In this document: piece after piece, positions 25,501-37,500 of the stretch
Layout of the letters: each line of letters begins with the position of its first letter
Numbering within the stretch: position 1 is the first letter of the stretch
From: Nageia nagi
Lineage: Eukaryota > Plantae > Pinophyta
Assembly (NCBI GenBank): GCA_050084985.1
Contig: JBITNC010000001.1
Span: 89,218,001 to 89,282,000 of the forward strand
Reading direction: 5' to 3'
DNA length: 64,000 nucleotides
Program-made: the position numbers and the translations under genes
Notes under the pieces: generated by a model
What the model saw: the letters and a program-made list of their open reading frames with translations, nothing else
Told to the model about the DNA's origin: nothing
Databases searched by the model: none

Positions 25501-28500
25501 AATGTTTTGGGCATTAAAAATTTAATTTTTGCTCCAAAACAAATTAATTCCATAACTTTTGCAAACGGACTTCATTTTGAGTACCGTTTTTTGCATTGTG
25601 GAGCAGACTTCGAATAGTTTTTGATGAAATTGGTTGTAAGCCTAATTTATAAAGGCAAATTTTAAGGGGGGGCTTTATTTACAACTTTGTTTTGATAGGT
25701 TCCTAGGAGACACATCATGAGGATCAAACATTTATTACAGTCTTGAATTTTTGTTCAACATCACTTTGGTTGATGTTTAGTACTGCATTATCATTCCTCA
25801 TGCTCCCATCGACTTTTTGATAGTCATAGTTAGTGGACTTGTTCTCTACTAAGTTGTGCGGTCATCAGCATCTTTCATGGGGGATCACTTCTTATTCTAG
25901 TTGGGAGGACTTCTATTTGTATCCAATTTTTTGCATCTTCCTCGTGTTGAATCTTGGCACAATGAGTTTTGGTGATCCATCTTCTTCGACAGTGTTCCTG
26001 AGTTCGACATCGACTTCCTTCATGGATCCTTGTACCATTTTTGGTACAGTGTTAATGGGTTCTAGGTACCATTTGGTGTGCCTTTTGCATCATCAACAAG
26101 CTCTTCAAAGAAAAGTTCGTGCCCTAATTTCAGGTTGAGGGACTCTCTTTGTTTGTGTTGATCGAGTAGTGACTCTTTGATCCAGCTTTTGTTGGAGGTT
26201 CTTTGTTCTTCAGTTGCACATGTTCATTATCTTTGGTCACTCTACAACTTCTTTGTGCTTGATTCATTTTGTTAATGGGTACCTCATCAGGCCTTGTTGC
26301 CGGGACCCATATTGTACTAGTTTGCTTATGTCTACTACCTCCTAGCCTTGCTTAAAGGGGGGTGTTAGAGTTAGTTAAGCTTGTTAGGGTATCTAACTTT
26401 AGAGTCCCTAAGTTAGTTATCATTTAATGTTTACGGTCATTGAATGTTTACGATCATTTAATGTTTACCGTTGTTTTGTAAAACCATGTGCACAATACCA
26501 TGTGCTCAAACCATGGTATTTGTTCTTGTAATGGTTTTACAAAACAACGGTAATAGGGACTCTAAAGTTAGATACCCTAACCTAGCAAGCTTAACTAACT
26601 CTAACACCCCCCTTTAAGCGAGGCTAGGAGGTAGTAGACATAAGCAAACTAGTACAATATGGGTCCCGGCAACAAGGCCTGATGAGGTACCCATTAACAA
26701 AATGAATCAAGCACAAAGAAGTTGTAGAGCGACCAAAGATAACGAACATGTGCAACTGAAGAACAAAGAACCTCCAACAAAAGCTGGATCAAAGAGTCAC
26801 TACTCGATCAACACAAACAAAGAGAGTCCCTCAACCTGAAATTAGGGCATGAACTTTTCTTTGAAGAGCTTGTTGATGATGCAAAAGGCACACCAAATGG
26901 TACCTAGAACCCATTAACACTGTACCAAAAATGGTACAAGGATCCATGAAGGAAGTCGATGTCGAACTCAGGAACACTGTCGAAGAAGATGGATCACCAA
27001 AACTCATGGTGCCAAGATTCAACACGATGAAGAGAATGCAACACGAGGAAGATGCAAAAAACTGGATACAAATAGAAGTCCTCCCAACTAGAATAAGAAG
27101 TGATCCCCCATGAAAGATGCTGATGACCGCACAACTTAGTAGAGAACAAGTCCACTAACTACGACTGTCAAAAAGTCGACGAAAGCATGAGGAATGATAA
27201 TGCAGTACTAAACATCAACCAAAGTGATGTTGAACAAAAGTTCAAGACTACAATAAGGTTTGATCCTCATGATGTGTCTCCGAGGAACCTATCAAAACAA
27301 AGTTGTAAATAAAGCCCCCCCTTAAAATTTGCCTTTATAAATTAGACTTACAACCAATTTCATCAAAAACTATTCGAAGTCTGCTCCACAATGCAAAAAA
27401 CGGCACTCAAAATGAAGTCCGTTTGCAAAAGTTATGGAATTAATTCGTTTTGGAGCAAAAATTAAATTTTTAAAGCCCAAAACATTAGAAAAATTTAATT
27501 AAATTAAAAATAGTGAATTTAATTAAATTTTAAATGGCAGAACTTCAAAACGTGATTATCGGTTGATGGGGAAGGCAAAATGGGTCATGCAGCTACTCAA
27601 AACGATCGGAATGGAATGAGGAACATCATGAAAGTGTCTGTTCCAAAAAATGAGCCCCGATGAAAGCACAATCTCGAAAAACGTGATTGTTACACAAGCT
27701 GCCCCAATTAAATTCGAAATTGGTGGGGGTTCAATTCTTCTGACCTTCACAACTTCTTCAATTGTCCTCCAAATCGAGCGAAACAAAAAGCAAAAAGGTG
27801 TAGCTCGATAATGGGTATCCAAATTTACTATCAAAAGTAAATTTGGTTGACAAAAATGTAAAAAAAAAACATGATTGTCATTTTTATGACGTTTTTGAGC
27901 AACTGCTGATAAAAAAATCTTCAAGCAAATCATAAAATGGGCCACCATGCAAGTCCATCGAAGGAAGGCAAGCCATCCAACGAAGAGGGAGAAACGACGA
28001 TCGACACACGGTTGTCCCAAGGCGGCAATAGCCAAACGAGGAGCACCAAAAGAGCTACGAAGATTGCAACGGAGGGAGGTCTGCAGTGGAGAAAGGCCGG
28101 CAATGGAGTGAGGCACGACCATGGCTAGCAGCAGAAGTCAATGCTGGCTAGACAGCGCACAGACTATGCAAACAACGGGGGAAGTCAACGCAACCGTCGT
28201 GGAAAGGAGCAGAAGGCAGCGGAAGGCGCTCGAGCGGCGTAAGGAGGCCGACAGCTAAGCGGCAGACAGGAGGGCCGCAAGCAAAAACGCGCGAGGAGCC
28301 GAGTAAAGGATGCGCGGCCAAATCTAGACAGGTTCAGCAGGCAGCAATGGACGGCAAGGTGCGAGGTGGTGAAATTATGGTAACATTCAACACCCTCCCT
28401 TAGGTTGACATAAGGGGCCAAGAATATGCTCTCTATAATCTTCATTTGAAGAAGAGGAGGTGAATGTATCATCAGTACAACACCTTCCCTTGGTAGTAGC

Positions 28501-31500
28501 TACCTTTGCTTTCAAACGAACAAAAGTGACCTGTAGCAAAGGCTTTGTGAAGATGTCTACCAACTGATTTTTTGTAGGAATATACTGCAAATTGATATCA
28601 CCATTTTGCACCTTTTTACGTATGCAATGCATATCCACCTTTGTGTGCTTGGATTGCTGATGCAATGCTCGATTCTTGGCCATGTGGATGGTACTTCAAT
28701 TATTAACCCATTTACTGTACGGTTTGACCTACCCACTTACACCCCACATTATTCTTGCCCTTCAACCGAGGAACCAACTCTCAAGTTCTGCTCTTCATTA
28801 AAGTATCATAAACTTTCAAGTTGCATTCCATGTGGGTTTTCCATGTGCCTTCTTGAAAGTAGAAGGATCATCCCTCCTTTAGCATTACACATGAAAGCAA
28901 AATTCACCCAATTTTTCTATCCATGAGTCTTACCCCTTGCTTGCCCTGTCCAATGACTTTTATGTAACCTCCTCCATAAGTCTCCTAGACCCCTATGATG
29001 ATTTGAAGGCCTTTAAGAAACCTTAGTAGCCCCGTTCGAATGAGTATTGTGATGATGATCACCATGTCCATGTTCTCCATCATTGTTTATCTACTACACC
29101 TCCAATGTGAAGAGCCATCCCATGACCATCACCATGCACACCATGAAGAGAATGAAGGCCAAAACAGCGAAACAATCATTCACCCAAGATCACAGAATTT
29201 GCAAAGCACTACAACGAAATGAAGTTCACACCAAAACTGATTGATTATTGCAGTGAATGCACCAAGAAATAAATAGAATAGGTGCAAATAACTTACGGTG
29301 GCACACAGTGACAAACGGTGGCACACGGTGGCGAATCATAACAAGAAGTTGTTATGATTTTACATATGGTGGCAAATATCCTAGTGAACTTAAGTAACTA
29401 AATACTCAAGCAAATAAAATAAATAAAACACTAATACCCCCCCTTAAGTGAAACTAGGAGGTAAAACAAGTGACACATAAAGATGAGTCCCGGCAACAAG
29501 GCCTGATTAGGTACTCATTTACAATATCTAGCTGAAAGATGATGAAAAAACCACATGGGAAAAACCATCTATCAGCAAAGAAAGAAGAAAAAGAAAGAAA
29601 GAAAGAAAGAAAGGAAGATGTCCTCAATCAACACCCCCCAAGGACAACTTCAGTCACCCCGAGCAAAGTTTGCAACTCAAGGAAGCGAGGCGATGCAAAG
29701 GATTTCGTGAAGATGTCGGCAATCTGCTGTTGAGTCGAAAGATACTCCAAGCTGAGAACCCCATCCTGAATATGCTGTCGAATGAAGTGCATGTGAACCT
29801 CAATATGCTTGGTTCGCTGATGCTCAACAGGATTGCGAGAAATATGAATTGCACTTTGGTTATCACAGAAGAGAACAGTAGGGTGATCCTGAGAAAAACC
29901 AAACTCAGCCAATAACTGACGAAGCCAAAGAGCCTCCTGACTAGCTGTAACTGCTGCCCTGTACTCTGCCTCTGTAGATGATAATGCAATAGCCTGCTGC
30001 TTCTTGCATGACCAAGATATAGGAGAAGATCCAAGACAGAAAACATAACCAGAAGTGGAACGTCTATCATCAACTGAACCAGCCCAATCTGAATCAGTAT
30101 AGCCCACTAACTCAGTAGAACCACGGCCATAGGATAAACCAAAGTGAGGTGTACCTCTCAGGTATCGAAGAATGCGCTTGGCAGCTTGCCAATGACTATC
30201 ATGAGGAGCCTGAGAGAATCGAGAGAGGAAACCAACTGCATAGGAAATGTCAGGACGAGTATGGGTAAGATACAAAAGACTTCCTACCAATTGGCGATAC
30301 AAGGTAGCATCACAAAGAGGAGAGGTGCAAGAAGAAGTCAATGTAACCCCAGATTGAAATGGCGTAGGAGAGGTCTTGCAATCAGTCATCCGAAAATGCT
30401 GAAGAAGATCCAAGGTATACTTGTGCTGACATAAAGAAATTTCTGTAGCAGTCTGATTGATCTGAAAACCAAGGAAGTAATGGGCCAATCCCAAATCTGC
30501 CATCTCAAATTGCGCTGAAAGAGAACGCTGAACAGTCTGAATATGAGAAGAGGAACTCCCAGTGAGAAGCAAATCATCAACATAAAGAACAAGGATGGTA
30601 ATGTCCTTCCCATCTCTCCAAATGTAAACGGTATTATCAGAGTAACACCTGACAAAACCAGTAGAAAGAAGAAAGGAATCCATCTTTGCATACCAAGCTC
30701 GAGGAGCTTGTTTGAGACCATAGAGAGACTTTCGTAGTCTGCAAACAAGAGAGGCATCCTCAACAAAACCCAAAGGTTGCTCCATATAAATCTCCTCATG
30801 CAAATCTCCATGTAAGAAAGCACTCTTAACATCCATCTGAAAAATAGACCATCCCTGAGAGGCAGCAAGTGCAAGTACAAGCCAAAAGAGTATGAGATTT
30901 TTGTGCATAAAGGGAAATTGTATGAGGCAATGGGACAAATTAGTTCAAGTATAAGTGAAAGCCTTTGGTTTCACTTAGATGGATGTAAAACCCCTTTTGA
31001 ATGTATGGACAAACTTGCAAATTTGTTTGGTAAGGTTGATCACATAAGGTCTATGCAGCTTGAAGCAGAACTCACAGCACTTTCACCTGATGATTTCTCT
31101 TACAATTGTTGACTACCTCACAAAATTCAAGGAACTTCTCACACAATTAAAAGGAAGTGGTAAAAAGAAGGAAGACAAAGATTGTGTGTATCTCATTCTT
31201 TCAAAATTGAGGGGACCTTTCCAAATTTTTGCCTCTACATTTCTGTCTACTATGGATGCACTTGGGACAAATTTTACTTTGCCTAGCTTAGAAGAGTTTT
31301 GTGAAAGACTTACTAGGGAAGAGATCAAACTTTCCACTCTTGAGTCTTCTACCTCTTCTTCCAAAGCTTTAGTTGCATCCACTCCCAAAGGGAAAGGCAA
31401 ATCTAAAGCTCAATCTAAACCCACTACAACTTCTCCCAAGCCAACTCCTTCTACAAAAAAGGAGAAATCTAACACCACTTGTACCTATTGTAAAAAGGAG

Positions 31501-34500
31501 GGTCATCCTGCCACTAGGTGTTGGAAAAAGTTGCAAGATTTAGAAGAAACCATAAAAAAAAATAAGGTTGTTGCCCCAAAAGAACATGGTAAAGCCCTTA
31601 ATGTCCAAGGTCGATCTTCTAAATCTTGTTCACAAAAATGGGTTTTAGATTCTGGTGCTTCCCATCATATGACCTCTTCCCAAGAGTCATTCACCTTACT
31701 CTCTTCTGGTTCAACTTCTAGCATTGAGGTAGGAGACTCTACCTTTATTCCTGTTCAAGGACAAGGAGATATTGTGGTTGATGATGGTTGTATCTACAAT
31801 GTATTGTATGTGCCCAATATTTCAGCAAATCTTCTTTCCATCTATCAGATATGCACTTCAGGCACAGGGAAAACTGTTTTGTTTACCCCTCATGGAGCAG
31901 AGATTAGAAGTCTCAAGGATCCACAATCACTTATTTGTCAAGGTGTTATTGATCATGATGCACGATTGTATTTCTTTGAGGGTTTTGATACTTCTTCAGG
32001 TTCATGCCTTGTTGCTCATGCAGATTTTGAGAGTAAAATTTGGCATGAAAGATTTGGCCATCTTAATTATAGGTATTTGAAGGAGTTGAGCACTCATAAT
32101 ATGGTTTTGGGATTACCTAAGGTTTCCACCAGTGATGGTGTTTGTCCAGGTTGTGCACTTGGTAAACAACATCAAGATCCTTTTCCCAAAGGAAAATCCC
32201 ATCGAGCATCTTCACCTTTGGAGTTGATTCATAGTGATTTGATGATTTTTCCCACACCTTTCAAGGGAGCTAAGTATGCATTGACATTTATAGATGATTT
32301 CTCAAGACGTACTTGGGTATATTTTCTCAAGTACAAAAGTGATGTTCTCTCTCACTTTAAAGTTTTCAAAGCTTTAGTTGAGAATCAGGCTTCCACATGC
32401 ATCAAAAAGCTTCGTACTGATAATGGGGGGGAGTACTTTAGCACTGAGTTTTCTGATTTTCTTACTGCTCATGGGATTATACATCAACATTCTGTTCCTT
32501 ACACACCTCAACAAAATGGTGTGGCTGAGAGGAAGAATCGTACTTTGAAGGAGATGGCTAACTGCATGATGCATTCTAGAGAATTACCACCTATTTTTTG
32601 GGCTGAGGCAGTTAATTGTGCTAATTATATTCAAAATCGTACACCCCATAGAGCTCTTGATCATATTACTCCAGAGGAGGCTTGGTCTGGAATTAAGCCT
32701 GATGTCTCATCTTTTCGAGTTTTTGGGAGTTATGCTTGGGCTCATATTCCGAAGAAGAAAAGAAAGGCTTTGGATAAGAAGAGTACACCACTCATTTTTG
32801 TTGGCTATTGTGAAGACATGAAGGCTTATCGACTCATTGATCCTGCTACACATGATGTCTTCTTTCATACTCATGTACAGTTTGATGAGCGACTTCATTG
32901 TTCTGACACTCCCTCTTCTTCTCCCCCTTCTCCTTCTCTTGATATTTCTCCTATGGTTGATATGATTGAGGATGATTCTAGCACTGCTCCTCCTTCACCA
33001 GTCACAGCACCTGCTACCACAGTTGAGGCTTCTACATCCCTCGTTGATTCTACTAGTGCCCCTTTGCCTAAGTGGGCACGAACTACTGTTGAGGAGGCTC
33101 TTCCTTTTATCCAGGATCTTCCATCTTCTAGACGCCCTCCTTCCATTGGGACTGGCCTTGTTTGTCAGTCAATTTTGGGTGATCCCCAAACCTTTTCACA
33201 GGCACATGGAATACAGGAGTGGGATGATGCTATGAATGTTGAGTATTCTTCTTTGATGAAGAATCAGACTTGGGACTTAGTGCTTCTTCCCGAGGGAAGA
33301 AAGATGGTTCGTTGTAAGTGGGTTTACCGAACCAAGCTGATGGGTCTATTGATAAGTACAAAGCTCGTCTGGTAGCTAAGGGTTTTTCACAGGTTGAAGG
33401 TGTTGATTACACTGAAACCTTTGCCCCTGTTGCTAAGATGAATTCTGTTCGGCTTGTACTTGCACTTGCTGCCTCTCAGGGATGGTCTATTTTTCAGATG
33501 GATGTTAAGAGTGCTTTCTTACATGGAGATTTGCATGAGGAGATTTATATGGAGCAACCTTTGGGTTTTGTTGAGGATGCCTCTCTTGTTTGCAGACTAC
33601 GAAAGTCTCTCTATGGTCTCAAACAAGCTCCTCGAGCTTGGTATGCAAAGATGGATTCCTTTCTTCTTTCTACTGGTTTTGTCAGGTGTTACTCTGATAA
33701 TACCGTTTACATTTGGAGAGATGGGAAGGACATTACCATACTTGTTCTTTATGTTGATGATTTGCTTCTCACTGGGAGTTCCTCTTCTCATATTCAGACT
33801 GTTCAGCGTTCTCTTTCAGCGCAATTTGAGATGACAGATTTGGGATTGGCCCATTACTTCCTTGGTTTTCAGATCAATCAGACTACAGAAATTTCTTTAT
33901 GTCAGCACAAGTATACCTTGGATCTTCTTCAGCGTTTTCGGATGACTGATTGCAAGACCTCTCCTACGCCATTTCAATCTGGGGTTACATTGACTTCTTC
34001 TTGCACCTCTCCTCTTTGTGATGCTACCTTGTATCGCCAATTGGTAGGAAGTCTTTTGTATCTTACCCATACTCGTCCTGACATTTCCTATGCAGTTGGT
34101 TTACTCTCTCGATTCTCTCAGGCTCCTCATGATAGTCATTGGCAAGCTGCCAAGCGCATTCTTCGATCCCTGAGAGGTACACCTCACTTTGGTTTATCCT
34201 ATGGCCGTGGTTCTACTGAGTTAGTGGGCTATACTGATTCAGATTGGGCTGGTTCAGTTGATGATAGACGTTCCACTTCTGGTTATGTTTTCTTCTTGGA
34301 TCTTCTCCTATATCTTGGTCATGCAAGAAGCAGCAGGCTATTGCATTATCATCTACAGAGGCAGAGTACAGGGCAGCAGTTACAGCTAGTCAGGAGGCTC
34401 TTTGGCTTCGTCAGTTATTGGCTGAGTTTGGTTTTTCTCAGGATCACCCTACTGTTCTCTTCTGTGATAACCAAAGTGCAATTCATATTTCTCGCAATCC

Positions 34501-37500
34501 TGTTGAGCATCAGCGAACCAAGCATATTGAGGTTCACATGCACTTCATTCGACAGCATATTCAGGATGGGGTTCTCAGCTTGGAGTATCTTTCGACTCAA
34601 CAGCAGATTGCCGACATCTTCACGAAATCCTTTGCATCGCCTCGCTTCCTTGAGTTGCAAACTTTGCTCGGGGTACTGAAGTTGTCCTTGGGGGTGTTGA
34701 TTGAGGACATCTTCCTTTCTTTCTTTCTTTCTTTCTTTTTCTTCTTTCTTTGCTGATAGATGGTTTTTCCCATGTGGTTTTTTCATCATCTTTCAGCTAG
34801 ATATTGTAAATGAGTACCTAATCAGGCCTTGTTGCTGGGACTCATCTTTATGTGTCACTTGTTTTACCTCCTAGTTTCACTTAAGGGGGGGTATTAGTGT
34901 TTTATTTATTTTATTTACTTGAGTATTTAGTTACTTAAGTTCACTAGGATATTTGCCACCATATGTAAAATCATAACAACTTCTTGTTATGATTCGCACG
35001 GTGCACGTTGTCACTGTGTGCCACCGTAAGTTATTTGCACCTATTCTATTTATTCTTGGTGCATTCACTGCAATAATCAATCAGTTTTGGTGTGAACTTC
35101 ATTTCGTTGTAGTGCTTTGCAAATTCTGTGATCTTGGGTGAATGATTGTTTTCGCTGTTTTGGCCTTCATTCTCTTCAATCACGCAAAGATCTCGCGGCC
35201 AAAGGCGCCAACTGCCGTGAGCGTGAGAAAAATTCTCAGACGCAAGGAGTGGGGATTCTGAACCCACAAGCCGAAAAACACACGCATGAAGATCCGTCAA
35301 GATAAGAGCGCGAGAGAGAACCCAGCTTAAAAAAGGAAAAACTTCAAAACAATGCTTGCAAATTTGAACTGCTCTGGTACCATGAAGAGAATGAAGGCCA
35401 AAACAGCGAAACAATCATTCACCCAAGATCACAGAATTTGCAAAGCACTACAACGAAATGAAGTTCACACCAAAACTGATTGATTATTGCAGTGAATGCA
35501 CCAAGAATAAATAGAATAGGTGCAAATAACTTACGGTGGCACACAGTGACAAACGGTGGCACACGGTGGCGAATCATAACAAGAAGTTGTTATGATTTTA
35601 CATATGGTGGCAAATATCCTAGTGAACTTAAGTAACTAAATACTCAAGTAAAAATAAAACACTAATACACCACTGTGGTCCTTATGAGAAGTAATAGAAG
35701 TTAGAATCTCACATTCACCATGATGCCTGTATGCAGAACATGAGGCCTATTATGAACATTTTAAGTATTGAAGGGATGATTCACCAGTGATTTTGGTTCA
35801 TTATTTGAATATTTGTCATCCACATGGGAAAATAGAGTGCACCAACATTCAGAGCTTGGAAAAAGGTGTAAGAAAAGAATCACTTGAATTGTCTTCACAG
35901 CTGCAAAGATATGGCCCAAGTATGCTAATTGCAATCTTTTATCCTCTGCCAATTCTATAATGCTGTTGCTCAAGGAATATGATTTTTCTGTTGAGTTGAA
36001 TTATTATAATTTTGGTTCCATTGTTTCCATTATAAATATGCAAAAACAAAACATAGTAGAATCAGCAGCCTCTAGCGGATACTGAATGGTCAAATTTTCA
36101 ACAGTGGTCAAATATCTCAAATTTCAATGATGACAATCAATACCAGTAACAACCACATTGATGACCAGCTCAATGATATCAATTGTACTGTCAGTGTCCC
36201 ATACAGCTACAGCCCTAATATTCCACACCATGTTTTGTCAACCAAAATCATAGCTCAGGTGTCTAGGGGAGAGAACTTGGAACGTCCCACAACTCAGCTA
36301 GCTAGGCAAGCTCAGTTGTCCATTGAGTAGGGACTACACTCCCCTACCTTAAAGCAATGCCGGATTCTAATAATATTTGGGTATTTTCTACATACACAGA
36401 TCTAAAGATGCATATGCACGAATGGTCTCACTTTTGTTGGCCTTGCCATTTGTAGTTTAATGAAATGTTTTACATAATATTCACTCTTTCTTATTTATGC
36501 AGAATTAAAAGTGATGAGCATGATGGCTTCTTGTTCTTGATAACACTAATAACTTGGACTACTCATTGTTGTTTTTTTATTTTATCTAATAGTAAATAGT
36601 GTTGGTCTGTTTTTTTAACAAATTTGTATACGTGGATGTTTTAAATTTTTAATGGATGACCTTTTTTCCCAGTAATTAAACATGTGTATGGAAAAATGCA
36701 TTTTTTTGTGTACCTGTCTATGTATTATTTCAATTTGTTGACCTATGCATTGTTAGGAGCATATATAATAATATAGTTTTGTGTGTTACTAAATTGGACA
36801 AGTGGATATGCCTCAAGGAGAGGGTGTGGAATTTGGATTTACAAAAATGGAGCATATATAATATATATTTATGTTAAATAAAAATGGATGAGTGGATATG
36901 CCTAAAATGAAGTATAGAGAATTTGGATTTAGTACTTACACATGCATGTGTGTGGTGTAAAAAGCGATTTTATCATGTTACTGTAAAAATACAGAATTGT
37001 TTTATATGTTATCTGAGACAGTCAGGCATGAGTTGACTTATACAGACATTATGATATAGTGCAGTATAGGATATATATACAAAACATGCTGTAAATGAGA
37101 ACTCACATTAGAACTTTTTTTAGAATTTCTATGTTTAATTTAATATTGGCTCGAAGCAAAACTAAACCACAGTAGTCCTGGACATGAATGTTTCAAACAT
37201 TAAGCAAAATTTCAACCTCGATATACTGGTAGTCCACACCTTAGCTTAGGCTCTAGAAAGGTATCCTTTCCCATTCCTTAACTGTCTGTTACATCATACT
37301 TCACAGAATATAGTAGTATAATTTCTCAGAGCAAGTGCTATGTAGATGCAGAATTTAAATTTTGTTTACCATCCAGATCCTGGTGATGCTTGATTGGAGC
37401 TCCCTTTCCCTTTCCACTTGTTGGTCAACATTTGAGCTCATTTTAAACCATGTTGGATGGAAAAAGCGCTCCAATTTCATCCATGACCTTTTTCTTCTGT

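Larger units (their letters stand above)
28370..35178 (+). repeat. 6.8-kb direct duplicate of 12953..19746 (host flank + TSD + fold-back Copia)
   Basis: ORF sets repeat at offset ~15417 (12970/28387, 13189/28606, 14210/29628, 15485/30903); same fold-back junction at 30883/30884; ends at LTR CA 35178. Confidence 0.95.
13727..35667 (-). mobile_element. 21.9-kb composite/rearranged Ty1/copia insertion with outer direct LTRs and 5-bp TSD
   Basis: TSD CACCA at 13722..13726 and 35668..35672; outer LTRs 13727..14018 and 35383..35667 identical by eye except a 7-bp indel; minus-strand PBS TGGTACCAGAGC at 35371..35382 and PPT at 14019..14027. Confidence 0.9.

Noticed and set aside
36260-36370. GC-richer island, possible SINE or ncRNA
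   Set aside because: No clear A/B boxes, tail or TSD could be identified by eye.
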